Assembly: GCA_965205485.1 (NCBI GenBank)
Contig: OZ242180.1
Coordinates: 4,704,001-4,768,000, forward strand
Source of the DNA: Candidatus Latescibacterota bacterium
Lineage (GTDB): Bacteria > Latescibacterota > UBA2968 > GCA-2709665
Direction: 5' to 3'
DNA: 64,000 nt
Part shown: positions 27,882 through 38,214 of the stretch, in pieces
Numbering within the stretch: the first letter of the stretch is position 1
Layout: every line of letters begins with the position of its first letter
Translations under genes and position numbers: made by a program
Notes under the pieces: model-generated
Told to the model about the DNA's origin: nothing
The model's database searches: none
What the model saw: only the letters and a program-made list of their open reading frames with translations

Positions 27882-28904
27882 CTACTGAAACCGCCCACGC
27901 CATCTCGTTCGCACCCTCCTGCGGTCCGACAACATCGCCTCGCAGGCAAAACAGGCCACGGCGACGGCGAGCGGCCATTGGAACCGGTGTTTATACTGCG
28001 TGTATTTCCGCGATCCCAGTTCCTTCTTCTCCATCTGTGAGATTTCTTCGTAAACCCTGTCCATGCCCACACCACCCGCCTGTGACCGGATATAGACCCC
28101 GTCGGTCACGCCGGCGACCTGTTGCAGACTCGCTTCGTCCAGGCGCGACTTGACGTAATTCCCCCGGCCGTCCTTCAAGAAATCCGTCCTTCCGTTCTGT
28201 CTTACCGGGATCAACTCTCCGCCAGGCGTCCCCACCCCCACAGCGAATACGCGCACCCCGGCTTCCGCAGCCTCTTTCGCGGCTTCGACCGGATCGTCCG
28301 CGTGGTCTTCGCCGTCCGTGATCAGCACCGTGACCTTGTACTTGCGGTCCTCGCTGCCGAATGCCCGGGTCGACGCGCGAATGGCTTCGGCGATGGCCGT
28401 TCCCTTCACGGGTATTATATCCGTGTCGATCGAGTCCAGAAACAGCTTGGCGGCGCCATAGTCAAGGGTCAGCGGGCAGAGCGTAAAGCTGCGGCCCGCA
28501 AACGCGACCAGACCGATCCTGTCGCCTTCCAGCCTGTCGATAAAGGACTCGATTTCCAGGCGTGCGCGCGTCAGTCTATTCGGACGGATGTCTTCCGCCA
28601 GCATGCTCAGCGACGTATCCAGCGCCACTATGACATCCACGCCCTTACGGTGCAGCAGTTCGAGCCGCATCCCGTATCTCGGCTGCGCCAGCGCCAGAAC
28701 CAGAAAGACGAGTCCGACGACCGTCAACGCCGCCTTTACCCACTGCCGCTTCCAACTCGTGGCCGCCGTCAGCTTCCGCATCAGTTCCGGACTTCCGAAA
28801 CGGGCGAGTGCCCGGCGCCTTTTTCGAAAGGCGCTTGCAAATAACAGAATAGCCGCGGGCACGGTCAACAGGAACCAGAATGCCTGAACGTCGCCGAAAC
28901 GCAT
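27882..28904 (-). CDS. batB: BatB-like vWA domain protein
   Basis: LALAQPRYG, MIDAS DTSLSM, PLTLDY, ITDGED. Confidence 0.85.
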   Translation of the reverse strand: MRFGDVQAFWFLLTVPAAILLFASAFRKRRRALARFGSPELMRKLTAATSWKRQWVKAALTVVGLVFLVLALAQPRYGMRLELLHRKGVDVIVALDTSLSMLAEDIRPNRLTRARLEIESFIDRLEGDRIGLVAFAGRSFTLCPLTLDYGAAKLFLDSIDTDIIPVKGTAIAEAIRASTRAFGSEDRKYKVTVLITDGEDHADDPVEAAKEAAEAGVRVFAVGVGTPGGELIPVRQNGRTDFLKDGRGNYVKSRLDEASLQQVAGVTDGVYIRSQAGGVGMDRVYEEISQMEKKELGSRKYTQYKHRFQWPLAVAVACFACEAMLSDRRRVRTRWRGRFQ

Positions 28905-28905
28905 C

Positions 28906-29892
28906 CTACGGAATCCTCCGGAACCTCGTGTTCGCCAGGATCAGTTCGACGCCCAGCAGGACGAGACCCGGCCAGAGGAATACCGTGAACAACTCGGAGT
29001 AGTCGACGTAGTCGCGTGTCTTGATCTCGGTCTTTTCCATCTCGCCGATTTCGAGGTAGATCTCTGCGAGCTTCTTCTCGCTGGTCGCGCGGAAGTAAAG
29101 GCCGCCCGTGATTTCGGCGACTTCCTTCAGGGTCTCTTCGTCGATTTCAACGCGAACCCGCTGCTGTAGCAGGCCCTGCCCGGTCACGATCACGCCGCTG
29201 CTTCCCGCCCCGATCGTGTAGATTCGAATGCCCACGGCCTGTGCGGCCCTTGCGGCGGTAACCGGGTCCACCTCTCCCCTGTTGTTCACACCGTCCGTCA
29301 ACAGGATGACCACGCGGCTGCTCGCCTGCGACCGGCGCAGGCGGTTTACCGCCGTGACGATGCCGGTCCCGATGGCCGTGCCGTCCCAGGACTCGTCCGC
29401 GAGCCGGACCTCCTCCAAAAAGCTGAGGAAGATCCCGTAGTCGAGTGTGAGCGGACACTGGGTATAGCTCTCGCCCGCAAACACGACGAGGCCGAGCCGG
29501 TCGTTGACCCGGCCCTGCACGAACTGGCTCACGACCTCCTTGCTGACCTGCAACCTGGACTTCCTCTGCTGGTCCAGATCCTTGTAGGCCATGCTGCCGG
29601 AGACGTCAAGGGCGAGTACGATATCGATTCCGCGGGTCAGGATTTCTCTCCCTTCCCGCCCGGAACGCGGACGCGCCAGCGCGATAATAAGGATTACCAA
29701 CGCCAGACAGCGCAGCGCAATCAGGCCGTGGCGCAGCTTGAGTACTGCCGACGGCGGAATCCGGCCGATTAACCCCAGGTCCGGAAAACGAATGCTGCCC
29801 TGCTTCTGCCGTTGCCGGCGTACGTATCGATAGATCAGAAACGGCACCAGAACCAGGGCGAAGAGCCATTCCGGATCCTTGAACTCAATCAT
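28906..29892 (-). CDS. batA: BatA-like vWA domain protein
   Basis: ALARP, MIDAS DVSGSM, LLTDGVNN. Confidence 0.87.
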   Translation of the reverse strand: MIEFKDPEWLFALVLVPFLIYRYVRRQRQKQGSIRFPDLGLIGRIPPSAVLKLRHGLIALRCLALVILIIALARPRSGREGREILTRGIDIVLALDVSGSMAYKDLDQQRKSRLQVSKEVVSQFVQGRVNDRLGLVVFAGESYTQCPLTLDYGIFLSFLEEVRLADESWDGTAIGTGIVTAVNRLRRSQASSRVVILLTDGVNNRGEVDPVTAARAAQAVGIRIYTIGAGSSGVIVTGQGLLQQRVRVEIDEETLKEVAEITGGLYFRATSEKKLAEIYLEIGEMEKTEIKTRDYVDYSELFTVFLWPGLVLLGVELILANTRFRRIP

Positions 29893-31010
29893 GCCGTCAC
29901 TACCGCAGGCGCCGCATTCTCCGTCCGGTCGCCACCGGGCCGATGCTGCGCGTCCAGCCGCCGCATGAGATCCAGAACCGCCTCCGCGGCCTTCGTTGCA
30001 ACCTCATCTTGCGGTCGAAGCTTCGCGAACTTTACCAGATCCGCCACCGACAACAGCCCGTCGAGCGCCGATAGCTCCGCTTTCCCAACCGCCACCCGTT
30101 CGAGGTCATGCACGAGTTCGTGCGTGGTACACTCCATGGCGTCAACCCGGAACCGATCCTCCAGGTACCTGCGCATCACCTCGGAAAGCAGGCTGTAATA
30201 GCGCTTGTACTCGCCGTTTTCCAGGAGTCGCATCCGCAGAATCTTCTCGACTTCGTCGGGCCAGTGAATCGGCGGCGGCGTTTCGATCACGGGCTTGCTC
30301 CGTCGCCGGCGCCAGAGCCAGATTGCCGCGGCCACGAGACCGGCCAGGGCGGCAACAACGAACCAGAACCACGGGGGTATTCTGGCCTCGATGTCGACCG
30401 GAGGCTTCACATCCCGGATATCCGACATTCCCGCCGGCATGACGCCGCGTACCACAACCGGAATCGGCTCGGAAGTGATTAGCCCGGAGTCGCCGCCGGC
30501 CGTCCGCACCCGGAGTATCAGGGACGGAACTTCGATCACCCCCAAACGGTACACGGCAAGTTCGAAGGCCTGTGTCTCCTCCACACCGCCTCCGGGCGCC
30601 TCCCGAACCACCGGCGGCACCTGGCGACGCACCTCGAACGGTGCGAGGAAATCCTCGTTCCGTACGAGCGCGACGGCGTCCCCCGACTCGCGCCTGATCC
30701 GTAAGTTCAGAAGAACGGGATCGCCCAGCGTCAGGGTATCCCGGTTTACCGTGGCTTCGAATAGAACTTCGGCTTCCGTGCCGGATAGTGGCGCCGCCAG
30801 ACTCCAGGCGCCTATCCACGCCGATATCAGAAGAAGTTGTTTTAAAATTACCAGTGAGTTCCCGAGCGCGAGCGAAAAAGTGGCGGTCAAGGCGGGAAAA
30901 TCCGCCCATATTTGTCTATACGGGTGGGTTTGACCAACGCCGACCGGCGCTTTTGCAGCCGCGCGAAGACCGCTGGGAATTTTAAGACAGCTTCTCAAAA
31001 TCCGGGCCAT
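29889..31010 (-). CDS. Bat-operon single-TM accessory protein with an in-frame MITE in its N-terminus
   Basis: IRDVKPP before the TM, RRYLE...TTHEL, ADLVKFAK are typical of the gene upstream of batA; ATG at 31010 follows GAAGGTGG. Confidence 0.8.
   Translation of the reverse strand: MARILRSCLKIPSGLRAAAKAPVGVGQTHPYRQIWADFPALTATFSLALGNSLVILKQLLLISAWIGAWSLAAPLSGTEAEVLFEATVNRDTLTLGDPVLLNLRIRRESGDAVALVRNEDFLAPFEVRRQVPPVVREAPGGGVEETQAFELAVYRLGVIEVPSLILRVRTAGGDSGLITSEPIPVVVRGVMPAGMSDIRDVKPPVDIEARIPPWFWFVVAALAGLVAAAIWLWRRRRSKPVIETPPPIHWPDEVEKILRMRLLENGEYKRYYSLLSEVMRRYLEDRFRVDAMECTTHELVHDLERVAVGKAELSALDGLLSVADLVKFAKLRPQDEVATKAAEAVLDLMRRLDAQHRPGGDRTENAAPAVVTA
30833..30994. mobile_element. MITE family A, short form (162 bp), inside a CDS
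   Basis: TIR GAAGTTGTTTTAAAATT / AATTTTAAGACAGCTTC; similar throughout to the 38215 copy. Confidence 0.88.
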
Positions 31011-31026
31011 ATTCCGTCGGCCACCT

Positions 31027-32445
31027 TCATCGCATCCGCACTGCCCCGCCAAGCGGTGATTTAATGGTATCCGGGCGGGCTGCGTCCGGTCGAACGGAAA
31101 CGAGCTCGAGCTTCAGTTTCGTCAGGACCTTGTGATCGATTCGGGCGACCTGGGTACGGCGGTGGCCCCGTGCGTACACCTCGCCGTCCCTTTCGCCGAT
31201 CGTCAGTTTCTGCACGGTCGCGCCACCGCGCCAGGCGGTGACCTCCAATGCCGGGCGATCCAATCCGAATGCCTCTGGCGATTTCAGCTCCTCCGCCACG
31301 AATTCTTCGGCTTCGAGCAGTTCAATGGTGCGAAAGAGATGTTTTATACGATGTTCCAGAACGATATGAAGCTTTGGCTGCAGCACCTCCCACGTGTTCC
31401 CGTTCCCATCCCTGACACACTCCACGACGCGGTCCCGGTACGCCAGCTTCAACCTGTCGACTCCTGAGGCATCGAACCCGAAGATACGCTTGAATCTCAG
31501 GTCCGAGGATGTCTTTCTGATATCCGCGACAAAGGTCGAGTCGACCAGGAAAACCATGGGACTGCCCGAAAATGCCGCGAAAAACGGCGGAAACCGGCGC
31601 CCTTCCTTCCTGCGTCCGATCATTATGGTCTTTTTCCGCTCACGGTCTCCATCGTATACCGATACCGTAAGCGTCGGTTTCTCCAGTCCAAATTGACCGC
31701 GCTCCCGGGATTCCTCCTCGACAACTCGCGTGAATTCGGCGGTTCGCAGCCTGTTGATCAGCTTTCGGACCTCGTCCTCGTCGGTGCGGTCGTTGACCGG
31801 AAACGTCAGGCGCCATTCGTCCGCAAGTTTCTCGACGACGACACGGGCATCGCTGCGGGCTATTTCGACCTTCCGGAGGGTTTCCGGATTGAAGTCCGCG
31901 ACCCGCTTGTCACGCAGTTGAAACAGCCCCTTTTCCAATCTCAACCTGAACGGGGCGCCAACCGCGAGTATTCCGGGATGACCGGACCACCTGACGTAAC
32001 CGTACCGTCCGGTCGGGCTTCGATCGCCCCAGAAGAGCGAATCCACCCGGTCCGCCTGCGTGATCGCCAGTGCGAGATTCGGTCTGTCGAGGCCGAAGTC
32101 CGAGAGACGGGCCTCGCCCCTCGCGATGCGGACGCTGTCCGCCACGACACGCTCAAGGTCCAGGAACCGCAACGTCCGGATCAATCCAACGATTTCGCCG
32201 CGGTCGCCGCCCGTGGCAACGGGTTGCAGAATTCGCCACGTGTTTTCCGATTTCCGCATGACGATGGTTGTGTCGCCCCGGTGAACCGTCAGTGCGCTGA
32301 CCGCGCCTTCTTTCAGGTCCAGCAGGCGTCCCGCCCTGACACGGGCCATGTAACGCTCGTCCGCGCCCCGGATTTCGTAAAAGTAGACAAAACCGGCCAG
32401 CACCGCCAGAAGCAGCACGAGACCACCTGTCGTCTTTAGATTCAT
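31027..32445 (-). CDS. DUF4340 domain protein (three repeats)
   Basis: N-terminal TM; repeated FGLDRP / FGLEKP / FGLDRP and LRDK motifs; follows the gldG-like gene. Confidence 0.8.
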   Translation of the reverse strand: MNLKTTGGLVLLLAVLAGFVYFYEIRGADERYMARVRAGRLLDLKEGAVSALTVHRGDTTIVMRKSENTWRILQPVATGGDRGEIVGLIRTLRFLDLERVVADSVRIARGEARLSDFGLDRPNLALAITQADRVDSLFWGDRSPTGRYGYVRWSGHPGILAVGAPFRLRLEKGLFQLRDKRVADFNPETLRKVEIARSDARVVVEKLADEWRLTFPVNDRTDEDEVRKLINRLRTAEFTRVVEEESRERGQFGLEKPTLTVSVYDGDRERKKTIMIGRRKEGRRFPPFFAAFSGSPMVFLVDSTFVADIRKTSSDLRFKRIFGFDASGVDRLKLAYRDRVVECVRDGNGNTWEVLQPKLHIVLEHRIKHLFRTIELLEAEEFVAEELKSPEAFGLDRPALEVTAWRGGATVQKLTIGERDGEVYARGHRRTQVARIDHKVLTKLKLELVSVRPDAARPDTIKSPLGGAVRMR

Positions 32446-32492
32446 GCAAATTACCTGCCGTGCTGCTGTTTATACCGGTTCGCGGCCGGGCG

Positions 32493-33860
32493 TCAGCGCC
32501 GCCTGCGCCAGACGCCGATCCCGACAACGACGGGTATGGCCGGAATGACGACAATGGAGAGCCATGAAAGCCACAGGAGGTCCTCTGCCGTCATCACGAC
32601 GCCCCTGAAGGCCCACATCTTGGGCCGGATGGAGATGAGATCTCCCTCTTCCATGAGCCAGCTCACCGCGTTCATGAACAGGTCTCCATTGCCTACCGTG
32701 TCGAAGAACTCGTTGCCCGCAAAGTCAGAGTCTCCGAAGACGACGATCCGGGTGTTCCGCAGTCCCACGTCGGATGGAAAACGACGAAATTTCGGTCTGT
32801 CGAGCGCGGCGACCGCGACGGACGCCGGGCCCTGCAGGTCCCGCCCGGGATCGAAGACCGGCGAAGCGTCGGGCAGCCTCTCTTCCCGCCAGCTGTCGCG
32901 CGGATGGGTCGTCACCAGATCCTGAACCTGTATACCGGTGGTGTGTTCGCGACGGGCAACGGAACGCGCGATTCTGTAGAAGGTCCTCAGATTGCGGCTG
33001 CGGTGTTTTTCCGTAACCGGATGCCGTGCGTACCAGACCGAGCCCGGCATCGTGGGGTCTCCCGGTCCCCAACCCAGCACGTAGTCGTTGTTGACTTGTA
33101 TACCCCATCCCGCCAGCAGCGACTCGAGACCCGTTTCGCCGGCCGGGTCGAGCATGAACAACCCGGAACCGCCACCGGCGAGATAGTTGCGGATCGAATC
33201 CGCTTCGACCCGGGAGAAAGCAGCCGTCGGTCCGGCCACGATCAGCAGGTCGCAATCCGCCGGCACGCCCTTCCCGGCATCCAGGACAAGGGTGTCCCGA
33301 ACCCCGTACCCGGCATCACGCAGCGCCTGCCCGACGCGGATGAAATCCCCTTCCGGCGCCTTCAGCGTCCGTTCTCCGTGCCCGGTCGAAAAATAGACGG
33401 TTTTATCACGTTTCCGAACGACTTTGGCCACCGCATTGGTCAGATGATTCTCCTCGGTTCCGAAAACCCGTTCCTCCCGTGCATCGGACAACACCACCGA
33501 GACGCGCGGTTTGCCCACCCCGTATCGCCTGGCTTCACCGGGATGTACCGCCGGATCGACCATTTTAAAGGTGAATCGCCCGGAGTGGTAGGCGTAGGCC
33601 TCGAGTCTTTCCTTGAATCCGGCGGTTTCCGGGTCGGTTTCGTGGAAAAACGCCAGAACGTGCACATCCGTCGTCAGAGAGTCCAGCAGCGTCGCGGTCT
33701 GATCGGACAGGCTGTGCATTCCCCCCTCGGTCACGTCAATCCGGTGGTGATAGCGCGTTGCGAGATAGTTGATCGCAACCATGATCGCAAGCAGCGCAAG
33801 AACCGCCACGAGTGTACTCGAACCGTACCTCACCCAGCGGGCCCTGAAGAAACCGGTCAT
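32493..33860 (-). CDS. GldG-like ABC transporter auxiliary protein
   Basis: RIDVTE...SLS, VYFSTGHGE, VVFGDSDF, N- and C-terminal TMs. Confidence 0.85.
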   Translation of the reverse strand: MTGFFRARWVRYGSSTLVAVLALLAIMVAINYLATRYHHRIDVTEGGMHSLSDQTATLLDSLTTDVHVLAFFHETDPETAGFKERLEAYAYHSGRFTFKMVDPAVHPGEARRYGVGKPRVSVVLSDAREERVFGTEENHLTNAVAKVVRKRDKTVYFSTGHGERTLKAPEGDFIRVGQALRDAGYGVRDTLVLDAGKGVPADCDLLIVAGPTAAFSRVEADSIRNYLAGGGSGLFMLDPAGETGLESLLAGWGIQVNNDYVLGWGPGDPTMPGSVWYARHPVTEKHRSRNLRTFYRIARSVARREHTTGIQVQDLVTTHPRDSWREERLPDASPVFDPGRDLQGPASVAVAALDRPKFRRFPSDVGLRNTRIVVFGDSDFAGNEFFDTVGNGDLFMNAVSWLMEEGDLISIRPKMWAFRGVVMTAEDLLWLSWLSIVVIPAIPVVVGIGVWRRRR

Positions 33861-33863
33861 GCT

Positions 33864-34640
33864 CTATCGCCTCCAGCGGCGCGATTCAAGCGCGGCGTGC
33901 GTTAGAAACAGAAAGAAGAACGTGAACGTCAGAAAGAAAATCACGTCGCTGCTGTCGACCACGCCGCGCGCCATATCCCTCGTGTGATCGATCAGCGACA
34001 GATAGAAGAGAACGGTTGCCCACTCGCGCCCGATAAGCTCGGGCGAATACCGGACGACGAACAGCAGAAGAAGGAGGACGAACGCGATGACCACGGCGAC
34101 GATCTGTTTGTCCGTGAGCGAGGAGGCCAGAATGCCCACGCTGATAAACGACCCGCCCAGCAGCAGGATCGCGGCGCCCGCGGAGAGTACCCGCGCCCAG
34201 TTCAAGTCGCCGTAAAACGAGACCACGATGATCAATGAAAGTAGCAGCAGTTCGATGATGACGTACAGACCCAGGCAGGCCGCGAATTTGCCGAGTATGA
34301 CCTGCCACGTGGTCAGAGGCGACGTCATCAGGAGTTCAATCGTTCCGGAACCTTTCTCCTCCGCGAACAGCCGCATCGTCAGCATTGGCGTCACCACCAG
34401 CCAGACGAGGCACTGGCTCAGGAAGAAATGAAACACGACGTCCTCGTTCACGTTCGGCGGATCGACGCCATGCTCCTGATGCTGAAACGTATAATTCAGG
34501 CACTTCGCCCGAAACTCCACGATCTCGTTCTGGAAGAGATATCCCATCATCACCAGGAAACCCGTCGCAACCACGTAGGCGATCGGGGACCCGAAGTAGG
34601 AACGCATTTCCTTCCGGAAAATCGCGGCGATATTTCCCAT
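33864..34640 (-). CDS. GldF-like ABC-2 permease
   Basis: KEMRSYFGSPIAY, PMLTMRLFAEEKGSGTIELL. Confidence 0.88.
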   Translation of the reverse strand: MGNIAAIFRKEMRSYFGSPIAYVVATGFLVMMGYLFQNEIVEFRAKCLNYTFQHQEHGVDPPNVNEDVVFHFFLSQCLVWLVVTPMLTMRLFAEEKGSGTIELLMTSPLTTWQVILGKFAACLGLYVIIELLLLSLIIVVSFYGDLNWARVLSAGAAILLLGGSFISVGILASSLTDKQIVAVVIAFVLLLLLFVVRYSPELIGREWATVLFYLSLIDHTRDMARGVVDSSDVIFFLTFTFFFLFLTHAALESRRWRR

Positions 34641-35575
34641 CAGGGGCTCTCCTCCTCGGATGTCGTCAATTCGTGGAATATGTCCTCCAGTCTCGCCGTT
34701 ATCGGCCTCAATTCGACCAGCCCCAGGTCCCGTTCCACCAGCCTGGCCGCAATCGCCGGACGCATGTCGGAATCGCCGGAAACGTCGACCTCCAATGCCC
34801 GGTCTTCGCTTGCATGCCCGACGCCAACCACACCCGGGACGCCACCGATGGCGTCCGCGGCCGCATTCAGGTCGCCCGATACCGCCACGTAATACCGCCG
34901 GTTGCCCGACGCCCGCGCCGTGAGGTTCTGCGGCGTATCCACCGCCGCGATCTGACCCCTGTTGATGATGATCACGCGATCGCAGGTCATTTCCACTTCG
35001 GGCAATATGTGCGTGCTCAGAATCACCGTGTGTTCCCGGCCCAATCCGCGGATCAACCGGCGTATCTCCTGAATCTGGTTGGGGTCCAGTCCGATCGTCG
35101 GCTCATCCAGGATAATGACGTCCGGATCGTGCAGAATGGCCTGGGCGATACCCACACGCTGGCGATAGCCCTTTGACAACTGGCCGATCAGCTGTTTCGC
35201 CCGATCCGCTATCCCGCACCGTTCCATCGCGGAGTCCACCCGCGGCCTCCGGTCCTTTTTCGGCACGCCCTTGATCTGCGCCACGAAATCCAGATACGAC
35301 CGCACGTACATGTCGCTGTAGACAGGCGGATGCTCCGGCAGGTACCCGATGCGCCGCTTGACCTCCATCGGTTCGTCGAAGACGTCGAATCCGGCCACGC
35401 GGGCGGTCCCCATCGTAGCAGGCTGATAACACGTCAGAATGCGCATGGTCGTGGTCTTGCCCGCACCGTTGGGACCGAGGAATCCGACCACCTCCCCCTT
35501 TTCGACCGTAAATGTCAGGTCCTTGACCGCAACGAGCGACCCGTACTGCTTGGTTAAATGATCGACCTCGATCAC
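34640..35575 (-). CDS. GldA-like ABC transporter ATP-binding protein
   Basis: GPNGAGKT, LSKGYRQR, ILDEP. Confidence 0.92.
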   Translation of the reverse strand: MIEVDHLTKQYGSLVAVKDLTFTVEKGEVVGFLGPNGAGKTTTMRILTCYQPATMGTARVAGFDVFDEPMEVKRRIGYLPEHPPVYSDMYVRSYLDFVAQIKGVPKKDRRPRVDSAMERCGIADRAKQLIGQLSKGYRQRVGIAQAILHDPDVIILDEPTIGLDPNQIQEIRRLIRGLGREHTVILSTHILPEVEMTCDRVIIINRGQIAAVDTPQNLTARASGNRRYYVAVSGDLNAAADAIGGVPGVVGVGHASEDRALEVDVSGDSDMRPAIAARLVERDLGLVELRPITARLEDIFHELTTSEEESP

Positions 35576-35618
35576 AACCGCCTCCTTATCAGGCCGTTGA
35601 AAGAGACCATCCGGGCTG

Positions 35619-36500
35619 CTATGCCGCGATCTGTTGCGCCCGTTTACGGAAGAAACGCATCAGCGCGTCCACGTACGTCTCCTCTGTATGAATATCGACA
35701 CGGTCGATGCCGACCGAACGGAACACCCGGTCCCGCCGTTTCTCCGCCCTGTCGTTCAGCTGCCTGAAGAGATAGCGGAACTCCCGGTCGGATGTGTCCA
35801 CCAGTATCTCTCTGCCTGTTTCAGCGTCTTCCAACTCGACGAGTCCGACGTCCGGCAATTCACGTTCCCTCGGGTCCTGGAGCACAACCGCGATCAGGTC
35901 GTGCCGCTTTCCGGACACCCGCAATGCGGCCTCATAGCCGGACGCCAGAAAGTCGGAGACGAGAAACACCACGCTCTTCCGCTTGTTGACCCGGTTGAGA
36001 TAGTCGAGCGCCGCGCCAATGTCCGTGCCGCGACGACGGGGCCTGAAGTACAACAACTCACGGATCACGCGCAGCACGTGCATCCTGCCCTTTTTGGGCG
36101 GGATGAATACTTCCACGTCGTCCGTGAAGACGATCAGGCCCACACGATCGTTGTTTTGTATGGCCGAGAATGCCAGCAGGGCGCAAATCTCGACCCCGAT
36201 TTCCCCCTTCATCTGCGAGACCGTACCGAAGTCACCGGATGCGCTGGCGTCCACCATCAACATCACCGTCAGTTCGCGTTCTTCGTCGAACACTTTGACG
36301 AAGGGATGTCCCATCCGGGCGGTGACGTTCCAGTCTATCGACCGGATGTCGTCTCCCAACTGGTACTCCCGCACCTCCGCGAACGCCATCCCCTGCCCCT
36401 TGAAGACGGAATGGTACTCTCCGGAGAACACGGTGTCGACCAGGTACCTCGTGCGCAATTCGATGCGTCTCACTTTCTTGAGTATTTCGGCGGGAATCAT
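35619..36500 (-). CDS. DUF58 domain protein
   Basis: EVREYQLGDDIRSIDWNVTAR, DASAS, VSDF. Confidence 0.92.
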   Translation of the reverse strand: MIPAEILKKVRRIELRTRYLVDTVFSGEYHSVFKGQGMAFAEVREYQLGDDIRSIDWNVTARMGHPFVKVFDEERELTVMLMVDASASGDFGTVSQMKGEIGVEICALLAFSAIQNNDRVGLIVFTDDVEVFIPPKKGRMHVLRVIRELLYFRPRRRGTDIGAALDYLNRVNKRKSVVFLVSDFLASGYEAALRVSGKRHDLIAVVLQDPRERELPDVGLVELEDAETGREILVDTSDREFRYLFRQLNDRAEKRRDRVFRSVGIDRVDIHTEETYVDALMRFFRKRAQQIAA

Positions 36501-36504
36501 CGCG

Positions 36505-37500
36505 TCACGGCACCTCGACGTGGTCGAATATCCGGCGGACGATTTCCTCCGAATCGACTTCCTCGGCTTCGGCCTCGTAAGTCACAATCACCCGATGGCG
36601 GAGGATGTCCAGGCCCATGGCTTTCACGTCCTCCGGCGTCACGTAACCCCTGCGCCTCAGAAAGGCGTGGGCCTTGGCGGCGCGGGTCAGGAAGATCGAG
36701 CCACGCGGCGAACACCCGTATTCGATCAGGGCGTTGAGATCGTGAATCCCGAAGGCCGCCGGATCCCTGGTCGCCAGCATCAGGTCCACGATGTAGTCCT
36801 TGATCTTGTCGTCGACGTACACACGGTCGACGACCCCGCGCGCCCGGATGATATCTTCGGGACGGACCACCTGGTTTGCCGCGGGGGGATCCCCGCTCCC
36901 CATCCGGTCGATAATTTCACGTTCCTCCTCACGCCGCGGATAGGTAACCCGGACCTTCATCATGAAGCGGTCCACCTGCGCCTCGGGAAGGGGGTAGGTC
37001 CCCTCCTGTTCTATGGGGTTCTGCGTGGCAAGGACGAGAAACGGATCGTCCATACGAAACGTCCGGTCTCCGATGGTCACCTGGCGCTCCTGCATCGCCT
37101 CGAGCATGGCGCTTTGGACCTTGGCGGGCGCCCTGTTTACTTCGTCTGCGAGCACGAGTTGCGCGAAGACCGGACCCTTCTTGGGCACGAATTCACCGGT
37201 CGCCTGGTTGTAGATCATGGTGCCGATCAGATCCGCGGGCAACAGGTCGGGTGTGAACTGAATTCGGCTGAACGAGGCCTTTATTACCCGCGCCATCGTC
37301 GTAATGGTCAGCGTCTTTGCCAGACCGGGCACGCCTTCGAGCAGCACGTGGCCGTTGCACAGCAGCCCGATCAACAGCCTTTCAACCATGTGCTGCTGAC
37401 CTACGATGACCCTGCCCACCTCGCCCGTCAGACGCTGGACAAACGCGCTCTCACGTTCCACTTCATCGTTCAGTTGCTGTATATCGGCTGCGATCATCAT
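36505..37500 (-). CDS. MoxR family AAA+ ATPase
   Basis: GVPGLAKT, RIQFTPDLLPAD, DEVNRA, ATQNPIEQEGTYPLPEAQ. Confidence 0.96.
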   Translation of the reverse strand: MMIAADIQQLNDEVERESAFVQRLTGEVGRVIVGQQHMVERLLIGLLCNGHVLLEGVPGLAKTLTITTMARVIKASFSRIQFTPDLLPADLIGTMIYNQATGEFVPKKGPVFAQLVLADEVNRAPAKVQSAMLEAMQERQVTIGDRTFRMDDPFLVLATQNPIEQEGTYPLPEAQVDRFMMKVRVTYPRREEEREIIDRMGSGDPPAANQVVRPEDIIRARGVVDRVYVDDKIKDYIVDLMLATRDPAAFGIHDLNALIEYGCSPRGSIFLTRAAKAHAFLRRRGYVTPEDVKAMGLDILRHRVIVTYEAEAEEVDSEEIVRRIFDHVEVP

Positions 37501-37699
37501 CTTTGAATCCCGGAAAGCCAAATGAAAAAGAACACCGGACGGATTCCATGTAAACGGATACCGTCCGGCCGGGTTGTATTGGAGAAATGATGAGAAACCA
37601 TGGCTTCACGAACTGATTGACAGCTTGAATCGGTGAGTGAACTCGATTCGGGCGCGGCGGCATGAAACTCGTTCCGAACACGCCACACCCGTTTCCTGT

Positions 37700-38191
37700 T
37701 CAGTTTATGCCAGTGGCCGAGGTCGAATCGACGGGAAACCACTCCTCGGGCGGCTTTCCGAGATTCCGGATTGAAATGGCGGCATCATCGTACAATTCCG
37801 ACTTCGGAAACATATCGATGACTTTCTGATACGCTTCGCGGGCTTTTTCAAACTTACCCTGGAGGTCGTAGGCGTAGCCAACCATGAATTGGGCCTGGTC
37901 GGCATACCGGCTTTCAGGGAATCGCCGAACCAGCGTCTCGTAAGACTCGATGGCCTCGTCGAATTTATGGCGATTCAGGAGCACGCGCGCCAGCGCGTGA
38001 AGCACGAGGTCCGCCCTTGGATCATCCGGATAAAAATCCAGGAATTTCTTGAGATGCGCTTCCGCCTGTGAATAGGTTTCCTCTTTGTGAGTCGCCGCCT
38101 CGCCTTTTGAAAATAGCTCGTCCGCGGACTCGCGGGCGCACCCGAGGAGAAGGGAGGCCGCCATTCCGAGAACCCAAGTCCACCGGATCAT
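37700..38191 (-). CDS. TPR lipoprotein (BamD/CpoB-like fold)
   Basis: Lipobox LLGC; TPRs ending FYPDD, RFPES, MFPKS. Confidence 0.75.
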   Translation of the reverse strand: MIRWTWVLGMAASLLLGCARESADELFSKGEAATHKEETYSQAEAHLKKFLDFYPDDPRADLVLHALARVLLNRHKFDEAIESYETLVRRFPESRYADQAQFMVGYAYDLQGKFEKAREAYQKVIDMFPKSELYDDAAISIRNLGKPPEEWFPVDSTSATGIN

Positions 38192-38214
38192 TCTGAAATT
38201 CCGCTCCTTCCTTA

